From an uncultured Chlamydiae bacterium (lineage in GTDB: Bacteria > Chlamydiota > Chlamydiia > Chlamydiales > Parachlamydiaceae), in the NCBI GenBank assembly GCA_963830365.1, contig CAWHMU010000035.1, positions 1 through 64,000 on the forward strand: a stretch of DNA of 64,000 nucleotides. Direction: 5' to 3'. Shown piece after piece: positions 10,230-19,609 of the stretch. The stretch's first letter is position 1, and every line of letters begins with the position of its first letter. Both the position numbers and the translations under genes were made by a program. The notes beneath the pieces were generated by a model. The model did not search any database. It was not told the DNA's origin and saw only the letters and a list, made by a program, of their open reading frames with translations.

Positions 10230-11164
10230 CGCTTTTTCCTTTTGCCAATACTTTTTAATCCCATCGCAAGGTCCCTTCGGATATCGGATTCGGTAGTCAA
10301 TTCTATCATCGGAATCTTCAACCTGGAGGTGATCTCATTCAGTCGTCGCCTATTTCTCAGCCACTTAGCTGCATACGCATCTCTTCCAGCCGCGCTATCG
10401 GTATTAACATAAATCTTTTCGGCGCCAAAGGCCGAAAGCCCGATCTTGCCGACAGGATGGATGGCTTTGTCTGCCGGATCATTGATCGCGATGAAGACCA
10501 CATCGCACCTTTTATTGAGCCGGCTGATGGCAACTTCATGCTGAAAATCCTTATCTATATCCATGAAGTCGCTGATGAAATACACCAAAGATCCCGTCTG
10601 CACGGCTTTGCCGACATGCTGCACGGCATCTTCCAATGTAGTCTGATGTTGCTCAAAGGGCGGCTCGGCAAGCATTTTCAATAGGCCGCAGAATGAACTC
10701 TTAGTGCGCTTGGGGGCAAAATATTGTATTCCGCCGGCCACATCGCCAAAGAGGCAGGCGCTAATGCGATCCTGAAAGGCTATGCCGTGCCAACCCAAAA
10801 GGGCTGCCGCGCGCGCGGCTTGGACAGATTTGAAGGTATTCCTTGTGCCAAAGCGCATGCCGGCATTCATATCGACGCAGATGACGATGTGGCGTTCGCG
10901 CTCTTCCTTGAAAATCTTTAGATGCGGCGATCCTGTTCTGGCAGTCACCCGCCAGTCGATATTTCTGATATCATCCCCGGGCACATATTCCCTGACGGAA
11001 TCAAATTCCAGCCCCTGCCCGCGGAAGGGGGAATGGTGATTTCCCGGCACGGAAGATTTGACAGATCTGCTTGAGGGATGGTGCAGATCCGATTTACGGT
11101 CCTTGAATGAAACCAGATCATTAAAGTCGGGATAAAGCATGCGAACCTCAAGGGATGGCGACAA
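10226..11164 (-). CDS. DUF58 domain protein
   Basis: GQGLEFDSVREYVPGDDIRNIDWRVTAR, FISDF. Confidence 0.92.
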   Translation of the reverse strand: MSPSLEVRMLYPDFNDLVSFKDRKSDLHHPSSRSVKSSVPGNHHSPFRGQGLEFDSVREYVPGDDIRNIDWRVTARTGSPHLKIFKEERERHIVICVDMNAGMRFGTRNTFKSVQAARAAALLGWHGIAFQDRISACLFGDVAGGIQYFAPKRTKSSFCGLLKMLAEPPFEQHQTTLEDAVQHVGKAVQTGSLVYFISDFMDIDKDFQHEVAISRLNKRCDVVFIAINDPADKAIHPVGKIGLSAFGAEKIYVNTDSAAGRDAYAAKWLRNRRRLNEITSRLKIPMIELTTESDIRRDLAMGLKSIGKRKKR

Positions 11165-12143
11165 CTTCCAATAATCTATTCACGATATCGTTTCGTGATA
11201 TTCCATCGGCTTCCGACTCAAACGACGGGATGATGCGATGCCTTAAAATAGGCGCGGCCACACTGTGGATGTGGGCCGGTGTGACATAACCATCCCCTCT
11301 AAGCCAGGCGAGCGCTTTTGCGCAGCGAATCATGGCAATGCTGGCCCTTGGCGAAGCCCCATGTTCTATCCACTTGGCAAGCTCGCGGTCATATTTCTCA
11401 GGCGTCCTGGTGGCGCTGACCAGCGAGACGACATATTTCTTCAGGTTTTCGGCCACAAAGACCTCTGACACGGCTCTGCGCGCTTGCAAGACTTCCTCTC
11501 TGGTGGTTACAGGCACAACATTGGCAGTGGTGTTGTATTGCCTTCTCTCATCCAGCTCGACAATCAGCAGCTCCTCCTGGGGAGTTGGATAGTCGACCTC
11601 AAGATGCATCATAAACCTATCTAGCTGGGCTTCCGGCAGGTTGTATGTCCCCTCTTGCTCAACAGGGTTCTGCGTGGCTATCACCATGTATAATTCCGGC
11701 AGCGGATAACTTTTATGCCCTACGGTCACCTGTTTTTCTTCCATCGCCTCGAGCAATGCCGACTGCACCTTGGCCGGCGCACGGTTGATTTCATCTGCCA
11801 GCAGGATGTTGTTGAAAAGGGGCCCCTTGCGGAAGATGAAATCGCTTTTATCGTGGATATAGATTTCGGTGCCGATGAGGTCCGAGGGCAGAAGATCGGG
11901 CGTAAATTGGATGCGATGGAAGTCCCCTTCAATGGCATCGGCGATGGCCTTGGCAGAGCGGGTTTTGGCCAGCCCTGGCATGCCTTCAAGCAGCACATGC
12001 CCGTCGGCAAGCAGCGTGACCAGCATATGTTCGATCAGTTGATGCTGACCGATGATCTTACTTTGGACCGATTGTAGAAGGTTGGATAATGGGTGTTGTC
12101 GAACTTTAATATTTTCTTTGTCTAGCGTCTGCATGATACTCAT
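11148..12143 (-). CDS. moxR: MoxR-family AAA+ ATPase
   Basis: LEGMPGLAKT, RIQFTPDLLPSD, LADEINRA, ATQNPVEQEGTY, GASPRA. Confidence 0.95.
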   Translation of the reverse strand: MSIMQTLDKENIKVRQHPLSNLLQSVQSKIIGQHQLIEHMLVTLLADGHVLLEGMPGLAKTRSAKAIADAIEGDFHRIQFTPDLLPSDLIGTEIYIHDKSDFIFRKGPLFNNILLADEINRAPAKVQSALLEAMEEKQVTVGHKSYPLPELYMVIATQNPVEQEGTYNLPEAQLDRFMMHLEVDYPTPQEELLIVELDERRQYNTTANVVPVTTREEVLQARRAVSEVFVAENLKKYVVSLVSATRTPEKYDRELAKWIEHGASPRASIAMIRCAKALAWLRGDGYVTPAHIHSVAAPILRHRIIPSFESEADGISRNDIVNRLLEVVAIP

Positions 12144-12300
12144 ACCTCACCACCTGTTATAATAAAATTCTAACCGCAATATTACATGATCCATCTTTTA
12201 AGACGCAAGAAAAAATGCTGGCAAAACCTCTTTACCATATACCTCCAAGGCAAACATGGTGTTTATGTGGTCAGATACTTAGCTTCTCGCCTACTTTGAA

Positions 12301-12640
12301 AAAGAAAAAAGAAGAACCGGTCCCCGGTTAGGCTGTATCGTTCATGATTCCCACACCTGCGCTGCGCTTGGTGTGGGCTACAGAATGAGAGAAAAAGGGC
12401 AAAAAAGAAGGCAACAACACCAACCAGGAAACCGTTTTGTTTTTAAACATTTTTATGTGAACGTATTTCTTATTTTGCTTTTTCTCCCCTTATAAGAGAA
12501 ATTAAGACATAATTGTCATCTTTTTTGCCCTTTTTCTCTCATTCTGTAGCCCATACCAAGGCGAAGCGGTAGCGGAGCCGCAGGTGTGGGAACACGAATG
12601 TTCTCAAATAAACCCCGGACAGGGTTATTCTTTTTTTTCG
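12301..12640. repeat. Inverted REP-like doublet (REPIN/MITE-like element)
   Basis: 42-bp inverted arms 12367-12408 and 12519-12560 with 1 mismatch; each arm carries GTAG followed by a CCCAYACC...GGTGTGGG palindrome; weaker outer symmetry to 12301 and 12640. Confidence 0.75.
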
Positions 12641-12678
12641 TATATTGAAAGAAATTAAACCAATAGCCAAAATGTTGG

Positions 12679-13221
12679 CTATTTCATTTTGGAGGGCAGC
12701 ACGATCTGCTTGCCATCGACCACGAAAACTCCTTCACCGCAATGGTGGATAGTGCGCGGTCGTTTCCTTGAAGGAGTCTTCCAGGCCGTAAGAACTTCAA
12801 GAATGAACATGTTATATTTATCCATCATTTTCATATCGATGACTTTGCATTCAAGATTTGCATAGCATTCGCCGATCAGCGGCGCAGCCACGTGGGAGGC
12901 TGCCTCAGGAGTAAGATGGAATTTCTTGAATTTGTCGACCTTGCGGCCAGTGGTATTGCCGATACCGACCACTTCTTTAACTAGCTCGACAGTCGGAATA
13001 TTGATCACGCACTGTTTAGTCGCCTTCAGCATTTCAAACGTATGGTTTCTGTTGCTTACCACACAGCCTATGATGGGCGGTTCGAAATCGATCATCATAT
13101 GCCATGACATCGTCATGATATTGGATTTCCCCTCGCAAGCCGTCGTCAGCAATACAACAGGGCCCGGCTCAAGCAGCTTGTACACCTGCGACAAAGGCAG
13201 AGATTTCTTGGCCATTGCCAC
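12679..13221 (-). CDS. Flavin reductase-family protein
   Basis: LLEPGPVVLLTT, NIMTMSWH, VINIP, GRKVDKF, APLIGECYANLEC. Confidence 0.9.
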   Translation of the reverse strand: MAMAKKSLPLSQVYKLLEPGPVVLLTTACEGKSNIMTMSWHMMIDFEPPIIGCVVSNRNHTFEMLKATKQCVINIPTVELVKEVVGIGNTTGRKVDKFKKFHLTPEAASHVAAPLIGECYANLECKVIDMKMMDKYNMFILEVLTAWKTPSRKRPRTIHHCGEGVFVVDGKQIVLPSKMK

Positions 13222-13373
13222 CTCAATTATATTTTACTTTTACCATAACACAGAAGTTGTTTTTAAAATCGCTAGACACCGGAAATATGAACGCTTTTTT
13301 TTATTTAGCACATCTGTTCATTTTTACCATGCATAAGGTTATAATTCTCAGAAAACCACACAAAATATAACCC

Positions 13374-13490
13374 ATGTTTTGCTCCCGGCTAATGTTATTC
13401 ATCATTGCTTTTAGTGCTATCCAAGCGCATATCATGACCGATGAATCCTATTGAGATGATCAACTGGTAAGAGCTTATAACCATCAAATG
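13374..13490 (+). pseudogene. Possible N-terminal remnant of a signal-peptide-bearing gene (methyltransferase-like)
   Basis: MFCSRLMLFIIAFSAIQAHIMTDESY*DDQLVRAYNH; in-frame TGA at 13452 where Trp would fit; no continuation. Confidence 0.3.
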
Positions 13491-13795
13491 GCTTTGTAAA
13501 CGGTATTGACCTCACCAGTGCTAAGCGCAATTGGGCAAGCTGGCAATGGGTCATCATTTTCAAGATTGGCATAATTGAATTCAAAGCTATAAAAACTAAT
13601 CTCCATTTCGGAACAATCTTGAACCAGTTTGCTCGCTGTATCTCTGCGACTCGGCGGTAAATATTCTACTTAAAATGGTCTTTCTTTGCGCCTTTGCGCT
13701 CTTGCCGTTGAATCGAATTCGCACGTATTACCCCGCCAAAAACGAGTTTATTTATCTACACAGATTTAAATTATTTATTTGCATAATTTCTCGCC

Positions 13796-14851
13796 ATGCC
13801 TTATTTTAAAAAAATAAATACAGGCGAAAACATGCGGCATATAGAAACCAATAAGCCAGTGCACCACCTTTCTGAGAATACAAAAAATCAACGCGACCTA
13901 TTGGTGAAACAGGTTAGGTTATGGGGGGATTTAAATACGGATGCGATATTGGATCCCCGCTGCCAAACCTTTACTTTTCCTGGGATTAAAGGCCTTATCG
14001 GCTACCGGATTGAATCCAATTGTGCCATCGTTTTTGGCGATCCCATCTGCGCTCCGGCCGATAAGCTGCCTTTAGCGCAGGCCTTTGACAACTATTGCAG
14101 GGAGAAAAGTTTAAAGGTCGTTTATGCTATCGCTTCGGCCGGATTTTCCGATTTGGCTATGCAAGGTTGCTGCAATGTTTCCATCCAATTTGGCCACAAA
14201 CTGATCATTGATCCCAGCTCCAACCCACTTGAAAAAACCGGCTCTAAAGGGGTATTGCTGCGCAAGAAAGTAAAACATGCTTCAAACGAAGGCATTACAG
14301 TAAAAGAATATATTCCCCATGATCCGCAAATGGAACTGGCCATCGAACACATTGGGTCGGCTTGGTTGCAAGCGCGGCGCGGACCGCAAGTGTATATTTC
14401 CCATCTCAGCTTCTTCAACGACCGAGAAGGCAAACGCTGGTTTTATGCACAAAAAGATGGACACATCGTTGGAATCCTATTGCTCAATGAAATTCAAGCC
14501 AGTGCAGGCTGGCTGCTCAACAATTTGATCCTCACGGCAAATGCACCGAATGGCACCTCAGAGCTGCTTATCACCTCGGCATTTAAAGCATTGGAAGCAG
14601 AAAAATGCAGCTTTGTGGCCATAGGTCCAGTCACTACGAAGAAATTAGACAATATTGTCGGCCTAGGAACTGTATCGACCTGGCTGATAAAAGCTGTTTT
14701 CAATCTTTCAAAAAGAGTTTTCCGGCTGGATGGCCAAACATTATTTTGGGAAAAATTCCAACCGGAAAACGAGCCCTCATATCTACTCTTCAAGGACCTT
14801 GATTTCTCCTCCATCAAAGCCCTGATGCTTGCCATGAATGTAAAGATTTAG
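13796..14851 (+). CDS. Stand-alone DUF2156 / MprF C-terminal-like aminoacyl-tRNA-dependent transferase domain
   Basis: AIVFGDPICAP, APNGTSELLI, FWEKFQP..EPSYL; no TM flippase domain. Confidence 0.8.
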   Translation: MPYFKKINTGENMRHIETNKPVHHLSENTKNQRDLLVKQVRLWGDLNTDAILDPRCQTFTFPGIKGLIGYRIESNCAIVFGDPICAPADKLPLAQAFDNYCREKSLKVVYAIASAGFSDLAMQGCCNVSIQFGHKLIIDPSSNPLEKTGSKGVLLRKKVKHASNEGITVKEYIPHDPQMELAIEHIGSAWLQARRGPQVYISHLSFFNDREGKRWFYAQKDGHIVGILLLNEIQASAGWLLNNLILTANAPNGTSELLITSAFKALEAEKCSFVAIGPVTTKKLDNIVGLGTVSTWLIKAVFNLSKRVFRLDGQTLFWEKFQPENEPSYLLFKDLDFSSIKALMLAMNVKI

Positions 14852-15942
14852 AACCCTACATTTAATGCCAGATAAGGGCCTGCCAGTGCGAAGTTGCTGA
14901 TGGTTCTATGAAAAGTACGTGCGAACACACCGATGGTGTCGGGTGCAACAGGCGGCGTGTTAACTTCGCTGCCCATATCCACCGATTGGAGGGCGTTGAA
15001 ATATACTTGCGCCTGATAGCCGGCTTCAAGGCTTACAGTGAAGTCATTGCAGAAGGTATAGGCATAGGCCAATCCGAGCCTGCCTTCAAATGCCGGCACG
15101 AGTTGTGTCCGCTTGTGCACGCTTATATGCTGTGTATTTGGAGGCGTGATGTCTAATAGTGACAGCGCCGGCGAAAGCGCTTGATAGGTGGTATGATTTT
15201 TCTGTGTACCGACCAGCAACGATGCTTTCGTTGCACCGGTGAAGGTAAAATCGTCCATGATTAGATAAGCAAAATCCAATCCGACTTGCGGCCCTGCCCC
15301 TATGAATGAGGAAGGCACTTCAATCGATCGTACAACTGTCTTATCGGCATTTGAATACTCTGAAAACATCGTCTGTTTAATATGTACCCCATTTACACCG
15401 GCATATAAATTTGTCTTTAAGCACTCGCCGAAATTGACAAATACCCCATAGTCCAGGTTAACCCCATCAAAATGGAACGTGGCGTGACCTTTAGTCTCCG
15501 TATATAGCGCAGCATCGGGGCCAATTTCAAAAAACGGCCCAACCATATCGTTGGTAGCCACCACGTACGAAGCCGTATCTTTGGAGTAGAAATGCTCCCA
15601 GTTCAGTATTACACTGCTATTCCTTTCATGACAGACAACGCTTGCGCCCACGTCGAAACCAAAATGGTAATCCGGTTTGATATCAAATATTTCCCAATTT
15701 GGTGATGGGAGCGGAAGCGGGAATGCCTCGGCGGCATAATTGAGATTGCTGCTCATTGGCTGCAGATAAAGCGCTGTGAATTGCCCATCAAACGTATATG
15801 AAGGACAGCCCAGAGATACATAAGCAGGACAGCAGCCCTCCGTCCCAAACTCATCATATTGCGCGCCAGCCTGAACCTGACCGAAAGTAGTTAATAGATA
15901 TGCCAATGACATGGCTACACCACATCTTAGATAGTTTTTCAC
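14848..15942 (-). CDS. Lpg1974/MOMP-family pore-forming outer membrane protein
   Basis: Signal peptide, ALYLQP, PDYHFGFDVG, FIGAGPQVG, EAGYQ, terminal GPYLALNVGF. Confidence 0.8.
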   Translation of the reverse strand: MKNYLRCGVAMSLAYLLTTFGQVQAGAQYDEFGTEGCCPAYVSLGCPSYTFDGQFTALYLQPMSSNLNYAAEAFPLPLPSPNWEIFDIKPDYHFGFDVGASVVCHERNSSVILNWEHFYSKDTASYVVATNDMVGPFFEIGPDAALYTETKGHATFHFDGVNLDYGVFVNFGECLKTNLYAGVNGVHIKQTMFSEYSNADKTVVRSIEVPSSFIGAGPQVGLDFAYLIMDDFTFTGATKASLLVGTQKNHTTYQALSPALSLLDITPPNTQHISVHKRTQLVPAFEGRLGLAYAYTFCNDFTVSLEAGYQAQVYFNALQSVDMGSEVNTPPVAPDTIGVFARTFHRTISNFALAGPYLALNVGF

Positions 15943-16129
15943 GCCTTCTCCTTGGATCGTATAATTTAATGGATGGAACTAGCAAAGTAAAAGTAATGAA
16001 ATATTTTTACAACAATTTTTATATGCCTATTGGGACTATGGCACGCTGGTTGCGCTAATGAGAAATTCAAAAAACTTGATGAAAACACGATTTTATATAA
16101 TGGTAATCCATCATTTAATAGGAGGCACG

Positions 16130-16840
16130 ATGAAAAAGCTTTTTTCCATTTATTTTCTGCTGACAACTGCCATAGGCTTTGCTTTAGCTGCGTCAGACAA
16201 GCTCGCAACCACTAGCACTGTTGTATCTATCCCTAATAAAGTTTTGATGAAAATTCACAATCACATTTGCACCAATAGTTGGGTGAAATTATATTATGAT
16301 GTACTGCCAAGAGTCATCCAGCAACAAAAATACAAGACCATGGTTGAAGTCGGTGTAGCCATGGGCGGCAATGCAGAATCCATTCTACAAAATACAAACA
16401 TCGACATGTATTACGGCGTAGATCCATATCTATACAACTACGATCCCAATGACAGCTTCAGCGCCGATGTGGCCGCCTATAGTTCAGCCGAAGGGCAGAA
16501 AAATTTCGATTATCTATACCAATGGGTGAAAAACTATAGATTGGCACCCTATCAGCAGCGGTCTCAACTTATCAGAGAAAAATCCGTGAATGCTTCACTA
16601 TTGTTTGATGATGACTCGCTGGATTGTATTTTCATCGACGGCGATCACCGCTACGAAGCTGTCTTGCAGGATCTGGCAGCATGGTATCCAAAATTAAAAC
16701 CAGGCTGCATGATGCTGGGTGATGACTACTGGATGGATAATGTCGCTCGTGCTGTCGATGAATTCTCCATTTCACAAGACAAAGATGTTTTTTTCTTCGT
16801 GTCAGATGCAGGATATCGGATATGGGCCATTTATAAGTAG
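16130..16840 (+). CDS. Class I SAM methyltransferase (Methyltransf_24-like) with signal peptide
   Basis: GGAGG RBS then MKKLFSIYFLLTTAIGFALA; VEVGVAMG, GVDPY, FIDGDHRYE, GDDY. Confidence 0.88.
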   Translation: MKKLFSIYFLLTTAIGFALAASDKLATTSTVVSIPNKVLMKIHNHICTNSWVKLYYDVLPRVIQQQKYKTMVEVGVAMGGNAESILQNTNIDMYYGVDPYLYNYDPNDSFSADVAAYSSAEGQKNFDYLYQWVKNYRLAPYQQRSQLIREKSVNASLLFDDDSLDCIFIDGDHRYEAVLQDLAAWYPKLKPGCMMLGDDYWMDNVARAVDEFSISQDKDVFFFVSDAGYRIWAIYK

Positions 16841-17020
16841 CTGGACAGGCATCCGGTTGCAATCTTTTGCATCTATACCAGGATCTAGGTGAAAACGTTT
16901 TGATTTCCAGTATACAGATAGCCGGTAACTTTTCATCGAACTGTGAAAAATACACTCTAAAACCATCGTCTTTTAAGAATCCGCCCTTCTTACAAGCGCA
17001 AAAACAACAAAGGTCCGACT

Positions 17021-17860
17021 ATGCGAAAACAAATTACACTTTTCTTATGCTCCCTATGCCTCACTTCAGGCGCTTTGTTTAGCGAAGAAAAACCAAGACT
17101 TGCCGACTTTAAGTACAACGTCTTTTCCCAATTTGGTGAAGATGGAATCACCCAGCAAATCTTCGATACCATCGGAACGACATCTAAAGTCGTTATCGAA
17201 TTTGGCGCAGATGATGGATTCCAGTCCTCAAATACCGCCAACCTGTGGTCCAAAGATTCAAGCTGGCAAGGGATAATGATCGAATGCAGCGACTCAGCCT
17301 ATGCAAAGCTTGTCGAAAACCTAAAAGCCTTTAACTGCCTTCTCATAAATCGCAAAGTTGGCATTGGCCAGGATGATACCCTAGAAGCCATTCTGGAGGA
17401 CAATGACATAGACTTTAACATTGATCTGCTCTCTATCGATATCGATGGAAATGATTATTACATCTTTCGAAGCCTCAACCGCCTGCGCCCTAGAGTCATT
17501 ATCTGCGAATATAATCCAACGTTCCCCGCTGATCTGGATGTCTACCATGATTATGACGTCTATGCCGGGTGCTCGGTCGGGGCTCTTATACGGATAGGCA
17601 AAGCCAAAGGTTACTCTTTGGTAGCGATCACGGACACAAACTGCTTTTTTGTCCGCAATGAAGATTTCCCCAAATTTGACGCCTTTGAAACGCAACTGGA
17701 TAAAATACGAATCAACAAATACCTCCGCTATATCATCACGGGATATAACGGGGTCTACACCGTAATCGGACAAAGTGATTTTATAAATCCTTACGGTCTT
17801 TTCTACCCCTCTCCAAACACACCTAAAGGAAATATTACTGTACTGCCCAACCCTAGATAG
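17021..17860 (+). CDS. FkbM-like methyltransferase-fold protein with signal peptide
   Basis: SQFGEDGI, IEFGADDG, LLSIDIDGNDY, RVIICEYN, NCFFVR. Confidence 0.8.
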   Translation: MRKQITLFLCSLCLTSGALFSEEKPRLADFKYNVFSQFGEDGITQQIFDTIGTTSKVVIEFGADDGFQSSNTANLWSKDSSWQGIMIECSDSAYAKLVENLKAFNCLLINRKVGIGQDDTLEAILEDNDIDFNIDLLSIDIDGNDYYIFRSLNRLRPRVIICEYNPTFPADLDVYHDYDVYAGCSVGALIRIGKAKGYSLVAITDTNCFFVRNEDFPKFDAFETQLDKIRINKYLRYIITGYNGVYTVIGQSDFINPYGLFYPSPNTPKGNITVLPNPR

Positions 17861-17955
17861 ATTGATTCTGGATTGTGGGGAGCCTATTTAAACAATAATT
17901 CCAATATGGAATAGGTCTCCCCTGCCTTCCTTTACAACTAGATGCTGGTATACAA

Positions 17956-17994
17956 CGCAGACGCAAAGTTTTTACGATCTTCTTTGCGTCTGCG
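17956..17994. repeat. Perfect 13-bp inverted repeat between convergent genes (dyad-repeat family; possible terminator)
   Basis: CGCAGACGCAAAG / CTTTGCGTCTGCG. Confidence 0.6.
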
Positions 17995-18016
17995 CCCTTC
18001 ACTTTTGCAAATGATA

Positions 18017-19084
18017 CTAGTTGGAATTGTTGTATAATTTTATCTGCTCTTCGATCCAGGGATAAAGCTGCTTAAGCCCAGCTTCCAAACTTTGCGTCGG
18101 CTTCCAACCCAGTGTTTTTTCAATTAAGTCGTTATCGGAATTTCTTCCCCTGACACCTTCCGGCCCTGGCACGTTTTTAATGACGACTTGTTTGCCCGTT
18201 ATCTTGGCAATAAGCAAGACCAGGTCGTTAATTGAGATCAACTCCTCTGAGCCTACATTCAACACGGGAATGCCTTTTTCTGCATTCATCATGCGCCTTA
18301 TGCCTTCCACACATTCGTCGATGTAAAGAAATGAACGCGTCTGATCGCCTTTACCCCAAATTTCGATGACCCCGCCCTCATTTGCTAAAGCCACCTTGCG
18401 GCACAATGCAGCTGGCGCTTTCTCACGACCTCCATGCCATGATCCCAAAGGCCCAAAGACATTGTGAAAACGGGCGATACGAACATCCATGCCATAATCG
18501 CGCACATAGGATTGATACAAACGTTCGCTAAAGAGCTTCTCCCATCCGTATTCTGTATCAGGAGCTGCTGGGTATGCTGTATCTTCGGCACACTTGGGAT
18601 TTTGAGGGTCTAGCTGATTGCGTTCTGGATAAATACATGCCGAAGATGAATAGAAGATTTTCTTAACACCGGTGAGACGGCATTCTTCGGCTACATTGAG
18701 ATTGATTAAGGCAGAATCGTGCATAATTTCTGCATCATGGGAACTAATATAGCCCATGCCACCCATATTGGCAGCTAGTTGGCAGACCTCATCAAAAGGA
18801 GATTCTCCGGCAGCCTGTGCAAAAGCTTTGCTGGTCGCATCAGGATTTCGCAGATCTGCAATAATAAATTCATCAGCATCAGTTTCTTCATACTCAGGAT
18901 ATTTGATGTCGACGCCGCGCACCCAAAACCCTTCCGACTTGTAGCGTTTCACTAAATGATGACCAATAAAGCCGCCGGCACCGCAGACAACTACTTTTTT
19001 TGAATTCGGCACCGCTGGGGCTTCAGCACTTAACGGAATGCAGAATCCCAATGTGATGAGCAATAACAAGAATCTCTGAATCAT
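18017..19084 (-). CDS. GDP-mannose 3,5-epimerase-like extended SDR with signal-peptide-like N-terminus
   Basis: GAGGFIG, AANMGGMGYI, SSSACIYPE, YGWEK, GGREKAPAALCRK, GPEGVRGRNSDN match GME signature segments; start MIQRFLLLLITLGFCIPLSA with GGAG RBS. Confidence 0.85.
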   Translation of the reverse strand: MIQRFLLLLITLGFCIPLSAEAPAVPNSKKVVVCGAGGFIGHHLVKRYKSEGFWVRGVDIKYPEYEETDADEFIIADLRNPDATSKAFAQAAGESPFDEVCQLAANMGGMGYISSHDAEIMHDSALINLNVAEECRLTGVKKIFYSSSACIYPERNQLDPQNPKCAEDTAYPAAPDTEYGWEKLFSERLYQSYVRDYGMDVRIARFHNVFGPLGSWHGGREKAPAALCRKVALANEGGVIEIWGKGDQTRSFLYIDECVEGIRRMMNAEKGIPVLNVGSEELISINDLVLLIAKITGKQVVIKNVPGPEGVRGRNSDNDLIEKTLGWKPTQSLEAGLKQLYPWIEEQIKLYNNSN

Positions 19085-19247
19085 GTGTCGATCTCCTTTT
19101 AGTTTGATATTAAGCTCCATATCAGCCTGTAGCGGCATACAAGTAAGCTCTACGAAAACTACAAAAAGAAAACACATTGACAAAAAAAAATATTTTTTGC
19201 AAAAGGATTTGTTTTTTAAATATCTTTACCGCAGCAAGGAGCAATAT

Positions 19248-19604
19248 ATGCATTATTTTTTAATAACAATGCTTTCGTTTTTCGCTCCTCTTGCTGCAGA
19301 GATGGCCCATGAACAAATAGCAAATGATGAATATTCTTTGGCTTATGTGCATATCGGCCCCCTGTTGCCAACATATCTTTCCACAGCTATAGCTCAGGCA
19401 CGTCTTTTCAACCCTGATTGTCCGATTTTCCTCATCGGTCAAAAGAACGCTTTATCCAAATATGACTGTACGGCTGAAAATGTGACACCCATTGCTATGG
19501 AAGAATTGGTGCCTGAAGAATTGGTGCCTACTGCGCAACATCAATCTTTCACACGGAATGTTCCACTACAGGGCCAACCCCGTTTTGGTCCGGCTTACCA
19601 TTAA
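19248..19604 (+). pseudogene. Short, probably truncated signal-peptide protein (putative glycosyltransferase N-terminus)
   Basis: AAGGAG RBS, MHYFLITMLSFFAPLAA, VHIGPLLPTYL..AQARLFNP; 15-bp tandem duplication at 19500-19529 (EELVP x2); ends after about 118 aa. Confidence 0.5.
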
Positions 19605-19609
19605 ACTAA

